In this document: one piece after another, positions 19,493 to 28,806 of the stretch | Layout: every line of letters starts with the position of its first letter | How positions within the stretch are numbered: the first letter of the stretch is position 1 | Source of the DNA: Candidatus Kaiserbacteria bacterium | GTDB lineage: Bacteria > Patescibacteriota > Minisyncoccia > Phycocordibacterales > UBA2100 | NCBI GenBank assembly: GCA_023267655.1 | Contig: JAHFMV010000003.1 | Location: forward strand, 16,522-80,521 | Length of the DNA stretch: 64,000 nt | Direction: 5' to 3' | The notes under the pieces: model-generated | Databases searched by the model: none | What the model was told of the DNA's origin: nothing | Seen by the model: the letters and a program-made list of their open reading frames with translations, nothing else | Position numbers and translations under genes: made by a program

Positions 19493-21025
19493 ATGTTATC
19501 TATAAAATTTGTCCTTGCCCTCCTTGCCCTTGCGGGTCTTGTCGGCATTGCCTTCGGATATTTCCTCCGTTGGATCATTTCCCTCGGAAAACGAGGCTCG
19601 ATGGAACTTGAAATCAAGCAGATGATGCTTGATGCGCAAGAAAAAGGAAAAAAGATCATCGAAGAGAGCGAGCAGCGCGTCCGCGAAAAAGAAGAGACTA
19701 TTTCGGGAGAGTTGAAAGAAAAAGAGCGCGACTTGAAACAGATGGAAGAGCGTCTCATTAGGAAGGAAGAGATGGTTGACCAACGTCAGCACAATGTTGA
19801 TACCGAGAACGAATCGCTCAAATCCCAGACGGCGGAAGTTACAAAATTAAAGGAACGTGCCGATACTCTCATCCACGAACAGCAGGTGAAGCTTGAAAAA
19901 GTCGCCGGCCTCTCAAAAGACGAGGCGAAAAACGAGCTGCTCTCCTCGATCGAGAAACAGTACGAGAACGACCTCGAGAGCCGCATGCGCAAGCTCGAAA
20001 TCTCCGGCAACGAAAAGCTCGAGGCACGCGCCAAAGAAATCCTCACCACATCAGTCCATCGTCTTGGTAATTCCGTCGTCTCTGACGTCCTCGCGACGAC
20101 CGTTTCGATCCCGAATGACGATTTGAAAGGCAAAATTATCGGAAAAGAAGGCCGCAATATTCGCACATTCGAGAAAATGACGGGCGTTGATGTCATCGTC
20201 GATGATACGCCGGGCACGATTACCCTCTCCTGCTACGATCCGGTTCGCCGCCAAATCGCGCGCATCGCGCTCGAGAATCTTATTCTCGACGGCCGCATCC
20301 AGCCGGCAAAAATCGAAGAGGCCGTGCAAAAAGCCGAGGGAGAAATCGGCAACATCATCAAGAAAAAAGGTTCTGAAGCCGCGTACAACGCACGCGTCAC
20401 GAACCTCGACCCGAAACTCTTTATGATCCTCGGCCGTCTCTATTTCCGCACCAGCTACGGCCAGAACGTCCTCGATCACTCGGTTGAAATGGCGCACCTC
20501 GCGGGCATGCTCGCGGAAGAATTAGGCGCAGATCCTGCGGTTGCGCGCGCTGGTGCACTTCTGCACGACATCGGCAAAGCCGTCGACCATGAAGTTCCCG
20601 GCACGCACGTCGAAATCGGTCGTCGCATCCTCCAAAAGTTCGGCGTCGATGAGAAAGTCATCAAAGCGATGCAGGCGCATCATGAAGAATATCCGTACGA
20701 GACGCCCGAGAGCATGATCGTGCAAGTCGCCGACGCCGTCTCCGGCGGCCGACCAGGCGCTCGTCGCGATTCAATCGAGCAATACGTGAAGCGCCTCGAA
20801 GACCTCGAAGCGATCGCTAAGAAGCATCCCGGTGTCGATAAAGTCTACGCAATCTCCGCAGGTCGCGAAGTCCGCGTATTCGTTCGCCCTGAAGAAATCT
20901 CTGACCTCGACGCCCGCAAGTTAGCTCGCGACATCGCCGATCAAATCGAAAAGGAAATGCAATACCCTGGGGAAATCAAAATCAACGTCATTCGAGAAAA
21001 CCGCGTTATCGAGTACGCCCGCTAG
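19493..21025 (+). CDS. rny: ribonuclease Y
   Basis: N-terminal TM, coiled coil, KH (KGKIIGKEGRNIR), RTSYGQN, HD (LLHDIGK), GGRPGARR. Confidence 0.97.
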   Translation: MLSIKFVLALLALAGLVGIAFGYFLRWIISLGKRGSMELEIKQMMLDAQEKGKKIIEESEQRVREKEETISGELKEKERDLKQMEERLIRKEEMVDQRQHNVDTENESLKSQTAEVTKLKERADTLIHEQQVKLEKVAGLSKDEAKNELLSSIEKQYENDLESRMRKLEISGNEKLEARAKEILTTSVHRLGNSVVSDVLATTVSIPNDDLKGKIIGKEGRNIRTFEKMTGVDVIVDDTPGTITLSCYDPVRRQIARIALENLILDGRIQPAKIEEAVQKAEGEIGNIIKKKGSEAAYNARVTNLDPKLFMILGRLYFRTSYGQNVLDHSVEMAHLAGMLAEELGADPAVARAGALLHDIGKAVDHEVPGTHVEIGRRILQKFGVDEKVIKAMQAHHEEYPYETPESMIVQVADAVSGGRPGARRDSIEQYVKRLEDLEAIAKKHPGVDKVYAISAGREVRVFVRPEEISDLDARKLARDIADQIEKEMQYPGEIKINVIRENRVIEYAR

Positions 21026-21037
21026 AGGAAATTATTC

Positions 21038-21066
21038 CAAAAAACCCGCTGAAAAGCGGGTTTTTT
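21038..21066. terminator. bidirectional terminator
   Basis: AAAAAACCCGCTGAAAAGCGGGTTTTTTT. Confidence 0.8.
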
Positions 21067-21067
21067 G

Positions 21068-21643
21068 TTATTTAAACGGCACTGCAGCAATAAAAACTGT
21101 GTAGTTGAATTTGAGGTCTTGAATGGACTCGTCGAGAATCTTGAGCTTATAGGTCGTGGCGGCATTTCGGGACGCGATAACCGCAGTGGTCTTCGGCAAC
21201 TTCCCACTCGCCAAGTCTTCTGCCGCTTTTGCGGTGTCCATATATTCGCCAACCTTAACTTTCGGCCAAATACGCTTCAGGTACATGCGGCACTGCTTGA
21301 TGGCTTGGTCATGCGAGACGATTTGCTTGATCGAGTCTGCGGTAGCGGCGCTTTTTACGAGCAAGTGATGATGGACATCGATTTCAAACATCTTTTTGAT
21401 ATGAAAATTGTGTTTTGCCATCGCATGCACAGCCTCGAGGACAATACCACCGTTTGAGTTCTCAATCGGAAAAATACCTATGTCCACAGCCCCTTTTTCG
21501 AGTTCGGAGAGGACATTTTCGGCGGTAATGAGGTAGAGGATCTCGAATTTCTTGAGATGCGCGTACTTTTTGGCATACGTGCGGCCAGCGTCTTCAGAAA
21601 ATGACCCCTTGGCACCCATAACTCCGATTTTTACGACTTTCAT
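21068..21643 (-). CDS. prephenate dehydratase catalytic-domain protein (no ACT domain)
   Basis: GAKGSFSE, PIENSNGG, SHDQAIKQC, DTAKAA, IQD...NYTVF. Confidence 0.8.
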   Translation of the reverse strand: MKVVKIGVMGAKGSFSEDAGRTYAKKYAHLKKFEILYLITAENVLSELEKGAVDIGIFPIENSNGGIVLEAVHAMAKHNFHIKKMFEIDVHHHLLVKSAATADSIKQIVSHDQAIKQCRMYLKRIWPKVKVGEYMDTAKAAEDLASGKLPKTTAVIASRNAATTYKLKILDESIQDLKFNYTVFIAAVPFK

Positions 21644-21765
21644 GAGGGCAAATCATACATCTGTTTTGCCACTCTGACAATGATTGACATCCCGAAAATA
21701 CGGCTCAAAATGGTGCTTGATTGGTCGACAATCATTTTTACTTACAATTTTGTATAAACGCATAT

Positions 21766-22041
21766 ATGGCAAATAAAATGGATTTGGTAGACAAGGTGCA
21801 CTCGACGATCGGCTCGACGAAGGCCGATGCGGAGCGCGCGGTTGAGGCGATTATCATGATGATCACGGATTGCCTCAAGCGAGGCGAAGAGGTCTCGATC
21901 GCCGGATTGGGCATTTTCGAAGCAAAGACGCGCGCAGGCCGCACCGGTCGCAACCCGCGCACGGGAGCTACGATCCAGATCAAAGCTATGAAAGTTCCAA
22001 AATTTCGCGCATCGAAGACGCTCAAGGATGCGGTGAAGTAG
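21766..22041 (+). CDS. hup: HU family DNA-binding protein
   Basis: VSIAGLGIFE, RTGRNPRTG, PKFRASKTLKDAV. Confidence 0.96.
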   Translation: MANKMDLVDKVHSTIGSTKADAERAVEAIIMMITDCLKRGEEVSIAGLGIFEAKTRAGRTGRNPRTGATIQIKAMKVPKFRASKTLKDAVK

Positions 22042-22066
22042 TAGCGACTAGCCAATAGCCACTAGG
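22042..22066. repeat. solo 7-bp repeat arm (TAGCCAC type)
   Basis: TAGCGACTAGCCAATAGCCACTAGG directly after the hup stop. Confidence 0.75.
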
Positions 22067-22127
22067 ACAAAATCTGCCCGACGGCGGATTTTTGTTTTAC
22101 AGCGATATTCGTGTAGAGTTATCGAAC

Positions 22128-22198
22128 GCGGGATTAGTTTAATGGCAAAATGCGACTTTTCCAAAGTTGAATCGGGGGTTCGATTCCCCCATCCCGCA
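22128..22198 (+). tRNA. tRNA-Gly(TCC)
   Basis: GCGGGAT/ATCCCGC acceptor stem, anticodon loop TT-TCC-AA, GGTTCGATTCC; no encoded CCA. Confidence 0.95.
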
Positions 22199-22202
22199 CT
22201 CT

Positions 22203-23369
22203 ATGGTTCGCTCTCTTCTACAACTTGCGGCCTCGCTTGGCATTGCATGCATTTTGGTGGCAGTCCTGTACATCGATGGCGCACAAGCACCCGTGTCTCT
22301 GCTATATCAACCAGCATCAACAACCCCATCAATCACAGAATCAACCTCGACGCCGCTCATTGCGTCAACGACCGTTGCAACGAGTACCGCAAAAAAGACA
22401 CCGGTAAAAAAAGCCGCGGCTAAGGCACAAAAGAGTCAAATAGCGACGACAACGCAAGGCCAGAGTGCAACAACGAGCACAAATGAAGTGCATCGTATCG
22501 AAAATCCCTACCCATTTCCCCCGCTTGCATCAGATTCGATCAATCAAAGCGCCCGCGCAGCTCTCGTGAATGTGTTTTGCCAAACTGCGGGAGGGCCGAT
22601 CAGCTCTATTTCAGGCTCCGGCGTGATTATTGATCCTCGGGGGGTTATTTTGACGAATGCCCACGTCGCGCAGTATGTCCTACTCTCCACGGAACCCGCT
22701 GCGGGATTGAATTGCTATATCCGCACCGGATCCCCCGCCGAAATACATTGGAACGTCGGCATTCTCTATATTCCAGCCGCTTGGGTGCAATTGCATGCAC
22801 AAGATATCGTCAAATCGAAGCCAAAAGGCACCGGCGAAAATGATTATGCGCTCCTGGTGATTACAGGTAGCACCGACGGCAACGCTCCACCAACAACCTT
22901 CCCCTACCTCCCGCCCGATACTCGTGAAGCCATTGGCTTTACGAGTGATCCAGTGCTCGTCGCCGCATATCCGGCGGAATTTGCCGGTGCATCGACACAA
23001 ACCGCACTATATCCCTCGACAGTCTTCACTCGTATCGGCGACCTACTTACGTTTGATGAGAGCACTGTTGATATCATTTCCCTTGGAAGTGTCGCGGTTG
23101 CCCAAGGTGGCTCATCGGGTGGCGGCGCCGTTAACGAATGGGGTCGGTTAGTGGGTGTTGTCACGACCACAAGCGAGGGAGAGACGACCGCGAATCGCGA
23201 ATTACGTGCCATTACGCTGGCCTATATCAATCGCGATATGCTTCGCAAAACTGGATCTACCCTCTTGAACTATATCGGTGCAGACCCCCTCACTAAGGCA
23301 CGAAGCTTTACGCAGAATGAAGCCCCGCTTCTCGCAAAGCAGGTTTTAGGCAATCTCCAAGGTCGCTAA
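22203..23369 (+). CDS. trypsin-like serine protease, membrane-anchored
   Basis: GSGVII...ILTNAHVA, DYALL, GGSSGG. Confidence 0.88.
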   Translation: MVRSLLQLAASLGIACILVAVLYIDGAQAPVSLLYQPASTTPSITESTSTPLIASTTVATSTAKKTPVKKAAAKAQKSQIATTTQGQSATTSTNEVHRIENPYPFPPLASDSINQSARAALVNVFCQTAGGPISSISGSGVIIDPRGVILTNAHVAQYVLLSTEPAAGLNCYIRTGSPAEIHWNVGILYIPAAWVQLHAQDIVKSKPKGTGENDYALLVITGSTDGNAPPTTFPYLPPDTREAIGFTSDPVLVAAYPAEFAGASTQTALYPSTVFTRIGDLLTFDESTVDIISLGSVAVAQGGSSGGGAVNEWGRLVGVVTTTSEGETTANRELRAITLAYINRDMLRKTGSTLLNYIGADPLTKARSFTQNEAPLLAKQVLGNLQGR

Positions 23370-23376
23370 AATTTAA

Positions 23377-23447
23377 TCGGGGCGCCGAGAATCGAACTCG
23401 GTCTACTTGGTCCCAAACCAAGCGTACTACCGGTATACTACGCCCCG
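23377..23447 (-). tRNA. tRNA-Pro(TGG)
   Basis: Reverse complement CGGGGCG...CTTGG TTTGGGA CCAAG...GTTCGATT...CGCCCCGA. Confidence 0.95.
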
Positions 23448-23560
23448 CTCTTTTCTACTCACAAAAAACTTCTTCGCGTACGCCATACTACCACGGAAAA
23501 TTGCAAAGTGTACAACTTATAAAGGACACGGCGTGTCCAATATAATGTCCTTTACATATT

Positions 23561-23956
23561 TCACAGTATTTGCTCGAACAAACGACACCGCGCTTTCCTC
23601 GTAATGGGGTCTAGAATGACTCCCACCGCATCAATTTGATATTCCCTATCATCTTCCTTGTGTGCCATGTACAACTGCGCCGTACGAACAATCTTCTTAA
23701 GTTTAGCTGGATGAATCTGCTCTTCCGGCCGATACGAGTTGCTTTCACGTGAAAGACTCTCAAGATCGCCAGATACTGCTTTAACCTCGATAAAACGAAC
23801 TTCGTTATTTTTGAGGGCTATTATATCGATCTCACCCCATGGTTTCCGATAATTCATCTCGATAACTTTGAATCCTTTGCGCTCAAGAAACTGCCGTGCG
23901 ATATCCTCTCCAAGTGCACCAGTCTGACTCGTCTTACTTTTAAGCATACATTTCAC
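23561..23956 (-). CDS. YraN (UPF0102) family nuclease-like protein
   Basis: GALGEDIA..FL...G, NYRKPWGEIDII, FIEVK. Confidence 0.9.
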   Translation of the reverse strand: MKCMLKSKTSQTGALGEDIARQFLERKGFKVIEMNYRKPWGEIDIIALKNNEVRFIEVKAVSGDLESLSRESNSYRPEEQIHPAKLKKIVRTAQLYMAHKEDDREYQIDAVGVILDPITRKARCRLFEQIL

Positions 23957-24013
23957 GTGAAAGCACCATATCTATGTTTCTTAAGTTACATTTAAGATGC
24001 CTTTCACGCGAAA
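23743..24013. promoter_or_regulatory. three parS-like palindromes
   Basis: TTTCACGTGAAA at 23743 and 23951, TTTCACGCGAAA at 24002. Confidence 0.55.
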
Positions 24014-24180
24014 CTTCCTGTCTAATACAATAATATAGCTCAAAATATGCCTTTCTAAAGGAATGCGTCTTTTAATGAAGACACTGGTCATTTGTCCGAT
24101 ATCCACATATCCCCAGAGTTGTCCACATATCATAATATATTAAGACGTGAACTGAACCATTGTCTGTTACTATTCAATAT

Positions 24181-24861
24181 ATGAGAAAAGATAAAATGTT
24201 AGCGATAAATATGAGGAAAACAGGTAGCAGTTACAACGAAATTCTTGAAGCTTTGAGAATTCCAAAAGCAACTCTATCGGACTGGTTTTCTAAGGAGGGA
24301 TGGTCTAATGATATCAGAAAAAAACTGACGACGACCGCGTACGAGGCACATTCCGTGAGAATGCGTGAGCTGGGTCGCGTTAGGGGAATTCATTTAGCGA
24401 ACGTGTATGGTGAGGCGCGACAAGAAGCGATCGTCGAGTACGAAGCAATGAAATATAATCCTCTTTTTATAGCTGGACTGATGACGTATTGGGGAGAGGG
24501 GGACAAGGCAACAAAACACACTGTGAGACTCACGAATACTGATCCTGAAATGCTGCGTTTATTCTTAATCTTTCTCACAAAAGTGTGTAGTATTCCACTG
24601 GAGAAAATTGGAGCACATATTCTAATTTATCCTGATTTAGAAGCAAAAAATTGCCTTGACTATTGGTCGCAGAAAACAGGACTGCCTATCGAACATTTTA
24701 CAAAATGTGTCACGATACAAGGCCGTCATAAAACAAAACGCCTCGGATTTGGGGTTGCAGAAATGTACGTCTGCAGTACGTATTTTAAAGCGAAAGTTCT
24801 AAAATGGCTTGAGTTATTGCCGCAGGAGTTGATGAGCAGAGAATATTATGCGAGTATATGA
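24181..24861 (+). CDS. HTH plus LAGLIDADG-like protein next to tRNA
   Basis: N-terminal G.SY.EI...L.IPKATLS.W HTH; AGLMTYWGEGDK and LTNTDPEML resemble a LAGLIDADG domain; lower GC. Confidence 0.65.
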   Translation: MRKDKMLAINMRKTGSSYNEILEALRIPKATLSDWFSKEGWSNDIRKKLTTTAYEAHSVRMRELGRVRGIHLANVYGEARQEAIVEYEAMKYNPLFIAGLMTYWGEGDKATKHTVRLTNTDPEMLRLFLIFLTKVCSIPLEKIGAHILIYPDLEAKNCLDYWSQKTGLPIEHFTKCVTIQGRHKTKRLGFGVAEMYVCSTYFKAKVLKWLELLPQELMSREYYASI

Positions 24862-24866
24862 CCGAC

Positions 24867-24937
24867 GCGGGTATGGTTCAATGGTAGAACAGGTGGTTGC
24901 CAATCACCTGATAGGAGTTCGATTCTCCTTACCCGCA
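24867..24937 (+). tRNA. tRNA-Gly(GCC)
   Basis: GCGGGTA/TACCCGC acceptor stem, anticodon loop TT-GCC-AA, GTTCGATT. Confidence 0.95.
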
Positions 24938-24955
24938 CAAAGAAGTTTTATCAGT

Positions 24956-25027
24956 TGCTCCCGCCAAGAGTCGAACTTGGAACGGCTGCTTCGAAGGCAG
25001 TAATGATATCCATTTCACCACGGGAGC
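24956..25027 (-). tRNA. tRNA-Arg(TCG)
   Basis: Reverse complement GCTCCCG...CTGC CTTCGAA GCAG...GTTCGACT...CGGGAGCA. Confidence 0.93.
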
Positions 25028-25075
25028 TTGATGCACATCATACGTGGAATTCATTCGCGATGCTAGAATGCCTGC

Positions 25076-26536
25076 ATGAAGCGATCGGTTCCGCAAGAGG
25101 TACTTGATGTGCATTCGCGACTGCGTAAGGCAGGATTTGAGGCATACCTTGTGGGCGGGTGCGTGCGAGATCTCCTCCTGAACAGAGAACCGAAAGATTG
25201 GGATATTACGACGAACGCAAAGCCAGAGGAGATTCAACCCCTCTACGAAGAAACATTTTATGAAAATGCTTACGGCACCGTCGGTGTGGTCACACAATCA
25301 GAAAATCCGCGGTTGAAAGTCATCGAGGTGACACCGTACCGCATCGAAGGGGAGTACTCGAATGCACGACACCCTGACGATGTGACGTGGGCAAATAATC
25401 TCTCTGATGACCTCAAGCGTCGCGATTTCACCATCAACGCAATCGCATACGACCCCGAGACCGATACCGTTGTCGACGAGCATAATGGTCAGGAGGATAT
25501 TAAGAAAAAAGTGGTTGCAAGCGTTGGCGACCCGAACGAACGCTTTGCTGAAGACGCATTGCGCATGCTCCGTGCCATCCGTATCGCGGCAGAATTAGAT
25601 TTCGCGCTTGATGGAAATACGGCACAGGGGATCGCTCGAAATGCGTCCAAATTAGGGGATATTTCGAGGGAGCGTGTTCGCGACGAGCTCATCCGCATTT
25701 TAATGAGCGATCGGCCGCTACAGGCCCTCTACGTGGCTCAAAAGCTTGGTATTTTGAAGTACATCATCCCGGAACTTGAAGAAGGGATTGGGTGCGCCCA
25801 GAATCAAGCGCATTCATTCGACGTATTTGAACACCTCATGCGCTCACTCCAGCATGCGGCGGATAAAAAGTGGCCGCTGGAAGTCCGCCTCGCCGCGCTT
25901 CTTCACGACGTAGGGAAGCCGGCCACCCGCCGCTTTTCAGAAGATAAAAAAGATTGGACATTCTATGGTCACGACGTAGTCAGCGCTCGCATGGCAAAGA
26001 AAATCCTCTCCGAACTCAAATTTTCAAAAGAAGTAATCGCAAAAGTTGAAATCCTCGTCCGCTGGCACATGTTTTTCTCCGACCCCGATACCGTGACTCT
26101 CACCGCTGTCAGGCGTCTCATTTCGCGTGTGGGAGCGGAAAACATGCCGGACTTAGTAAATCTACGTGTTTGCGACCGCATCGGCACCGGCAGGCCAAAA
26201 GCGCATCCATTTAGGTTACGCAAATACATGTCGATGATCGACGAGGCGATGCGCGACCCGGTATCGGTTGCAATGCTCAAGATTGACGGGAATAGGATTA
26301 TGGAAGTAGGGGAGAAGGCAGGGCCTCGTATCGGCTGGGTGTTGCACGCGCTCCTGGAAGAAGTCCTCGACGATCCGGCAAAAAACTCGGAAGAATATCT
26401 TGAAAACCGCACGCAAGAACTGCTTAAATTATCTGATGAGGCGTTAAAAAAAGTGGGGGAGGCGGGCAAGGATCGCAGGGCAGAAGAGGACGCTGCGGCT
26501 GTGAAAGTCCTCCGTGATAAACATCACGTCTCCTGA
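25076..26536 (+). CDS. cca: CCA tRNA nucleotidyltransferase with HD domain
   Basis: YLVGGCVRD, DWDITT, DLKRRDFTINA, EDALRMLRA, LLHDVGKP. Confidence 0.93.
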   Translation: MKRSVPQEVLDVHSRLRKAGFEAYLVGGCVRDLLLNREPKDWDITTNAKPEEIQPLYEETFYENAYGTVGVVTQSENPRLKVIEVTPYRIEGEYSNARHPDDVTWANNLSDDLKRRDFTINAIAYDPETDTVVDEHNGQEDIKKKVVASVGDPNERFAEDALRMLRAIRIAAELDFALDGNTAQGIARNASKLGDISRERVRDELIRILMSDRPLQALYVAQKLGILKYIIPELEEGIGCAQNQAHSFDVFEHLMRSLQHAADKKWPLEVRLAALLHDVGKPATRRFSEDKKDWTFYGHDVVSARMAKKILSELKFSKEVIAKVEILVRWHMFFSDPDTVTLTAVRRLISRVGAENMPDLVNLRVCDRIGTGRPKAHPFRLRKYMSMIDEAMRDPVSVAMLKIDGNRIMEVGEKAGPRIGWVLHALLEEVLDDPAKNSEEYLENRTQELLKLSDEALKKVGEAGKDRRAEEDAAAVKVLRDKHHVS

Positions 26537-26563
26537 ATTCCCAAGTAAGGCGACCAGCCGTAT

Positions 26564-26681
26564 TGGCAGAAGGCAAAAAATGCTTCACGAGGGTCTTCGC
26601 AGCGGCGTCGGGCGCGAGACCGAGCGCTGGCGCAGCAGCGCCAGATAGCGACCCGAGGGAAGCATTTTTTGCCTTTTGCCA
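26564..26681. repeat. long intergenic stem-loop element
   Basis: 23-bp stem TGGCAGAAGGCAAAAAATGCTTC/GAAGCATTTTTTGCCTTTTGCCA with internal GGGTC/GACCC and CTGGCGC/GCGCCAG helices. Confidence 0.7.
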
Positions 26682-27077
26682 CAAACATACAAAGCAAAAG
26701 CCGCCCGGTTGTACCGGGTCTTTCTATTCCGGTACCGCTGAGCGGCTAACTTGTCCTGTTCTCGAAATAAGGTCATCTGGTTTATCTACAGTACGTTTTC
26801 CATTTTTGAGACAAAGGGTCTCTATATAAAGGGTGTACTTGTATAAACCGAATCTCCTCAAAAGATCACGGATACAGGATATCTGTCTAGTATGTAATAC
26901 CTGACAGTGGCTTCGTAAAACCTCGGAGAAAGGTTTCCCTTTCTTCCTCTTGTGTTTTAGAGGGGCCAAATATAGGAAGAAATAAATCTTCCCTGCAGAT
27001 AAGAATACTTTGCTATCGGACATTGTAAAGGACATGCTGTGGATAACTTCATGCGCCGATCATGTCCTTTAAAAAAG

Positions 27078-27878
27078 CTAGACTTTGAGCTCTATACTGA
27101 CGGGGCAGTGGTCGGAGCCGAAAATGTCAGGATGAATTTTTGCCGCCGTAATTTTAGGAACGAGTGATTTGCTCACAAAATAGTAGTCGATTCTCCAGCC
27201 AACATTACGTGCGCGAGCATTTCCAAAGACGCTCCACCACGTATAGAACCCTTTGCCTTTTGTGAACTTTCTAAAAATATCAACAAAGCCTGCATCAATG
27301 ATCTGGTCGATTCCCTCACGCTCCTCCTTGGTATACCCATGACCGCCCTCATTGGCTTTCGGGTTGGTGAGATCGTCCGGCGTATGCGCGACATTAAGAT
27401 CTCCGCAGAAAATGACCGGCTTTGTCTTCTCAAGGCGCTTCATAAAAGCAAGAAATGCTGGATCCCATTGCTTGTGACGGAGGCCAAGGCGACTTAGGTC
27501 GGGTTTGGCGTTGGGAGTGTAGGAGTTAACGACAAAAAAGTCCTTAAATTCAGCCGTAATAACCCGTCCTTCTGCGTTCACATCACCGTAAGAGTCGCCC
27601 TCAAGCTTATATTTCTTCGCAAGGTCATGGGGAATACCTAAGATCACACTTTCGGGCTTTATCTTCGAGAAAATCGCCGTTCCGCTATAACCCTTCTTGC
27701 GAGTCGATGAATTCCAATATTCCTCATATTCGGGAAGGTCGATTTCTGCCTGCCCTTTCTCAGCTTTAGTCTCTTGGAGGCAGATAATGTCCGGTTTCAG
27801 AGCCTTCACGGCAGGAATAAACATATCTTTCCGGACTACCGCCCGAATTCCATTCACGTTCCATGATACGAGTCTCAT
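27078..27878 (-). CDS. xth: exodeoxyribonuclease III
   Basis: SWNVNGIRA, CLQETK, GYSG, EGRVI, CGDLNVAH, GWRIDY, SDHCP. Confidence 0.97.
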   Translation of the reverse strand: MRLVSWNVNGIRAVVRKDMFIPAVKALKPDIICLQETKAEKGQAEIDLPEYEEYWNSSTRKKGYSGTAIFSKIKPESVILGIPHDLAKKYKLEGDSYGDVNAEGRVITAEFKDFFVVNSYTPNAKPDLSRLGLRHKQWDPAFLAFMKRLEKTKPVIFCGDLNVAHTPDDLTNPKANEGGHGYTKEEREGIDQIIDAGFVDIFRKFTKGKGFYTWWSVFGNARARNVGWRIDYYFVSKSLVPKITAAKIHPDIFGSDHCPVSIELKV

Positions 27879-27937
27879 ATGTGCATCATAGCAAATCCTT
27901 CATATCTCCCTCATTTCGCTTTGGTACGCTTACGCGC

Positions 27938-28129
27938 ATGGATAAAGAAATCTTCAACGCATTCGACGCGCCCCACGAACAGGGCACGGGGGAGTGGAAG
28001 ACCTTTAACGCCGTCACGCATGATAAGACGACGCTGCTGCACGCAATAGCGAACTACCGACCGAAACCACGCGTGCCAACAGCCATCCGCTTTGGAGCAT
28101 CTCGTCTCTTCGTTCTGAAACGCGCATAA
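27938..28129 (+). CDS. small hypothetical protein or gene fragment
   Basis: TACGCT-N6-ATG; MDKEIFNAFD... Confidence 0.45.
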   Translation: MDKEIFNAFDAPHEQGTGEWKTFNAVTHDKTTLLHAIANYRPKPRVPTAIRFGASRLFVLKRA

Positions 28130-28163
28130 AATTTTCGGCCAGACGTCTGTCTGGCCGAATTGG

Positions 28164-28802
28164 TCACGACGTACCACGGCCTAGGATTATTCTTAGGCGT
28201 TTTTCTTTTCCAGAAAGGATTCGGCTAACGACGCTAGCAATCTTGGCAGGTTTCATGCCATCCACAGCGGCATGGCGAGCGCGCTTGTCAGCAGATTTAA
28301 GGAATGCCTTCTGCATTGCCGATCCTTCGACAAACGGCAGGTCAATGAAGTACGAATTGATAATTGTATGCGCGTTCAGAAAGCGAACCAAGCTCCATAG
28401 AGCCCCATTCCCGACGGTAAATGCCGCAAAACCTGGATCGGAGGACGTCTCCCGACCACCAAGCATGATGACGTACGATCTTTTCTTCAATCGAGCAAGC
28501 TGGTTGCAGACAATAAGGGATCCTACAGATTTTGCATTGACGTGCGCTGCAATTTTCTCGAGATTGCGCATCTTGCCAACGGCTTTTGGCGTCATAAATA
28601 CTCCAGCCGCGAAAATTACGACGTCGGGTCGCACATCTCGCATGAGTGCTCGAACAGAAGGGGGCGAAGTGATGTCACACCTCGCCCCCAGACGACCACT
28701 ACGACTCGCGTAGGTAACGGAATGACCCTCGGCACGTAAGAGCTCGCCAACCATATAACCAATGCTCGCTTTCGTTGACGCACCGAGGATCAGGATTTTC
28801 AT
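28164..28802 (-). CDS. SDR-like NAD(P)-binding oxidoreductase
   Basis: MKILILGASTKASIG Rossmann start, CDIT, DVVIFAAG; lacks canonical YxxxK. Confidence 0.7.
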   Translation of the reverse strand: MKILILGASTKASIGYMVGELLRAEGHSVTYASRSGRLGARCDITSPPSVRALMRDVRPDVVIFAAGVFMTPKAVGKMRNLEKIAAHVNAKSVGSLIVCNQLARLKKRSYVIMLGGRETSSDPGFAAFTVGNGALWSLVRFLNAHTIINSYFIDLPFVEGSAMQKAFLKSADKRARHAAVDGMKPAKIASVVSRILSGKEKRLRIILGRGTS

Positions 28803-28806
28803 AGGT

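Noticed and set aside
26724-27035. 103-aa ORF in an AT-rich patch
   Set aside because: No recognisable motif or convincing initiation signal; it may be a decayed insertion and cannot be supported as a gene.
17278-27046. Perfect DnaA boxes at 17278 (TTATCCACA) and 27038 (TGTGGATAA) as oriC
   Set aside because: They are isolated single boxes with no cluster or adjacent dnaA; at most they are regulatory sites.
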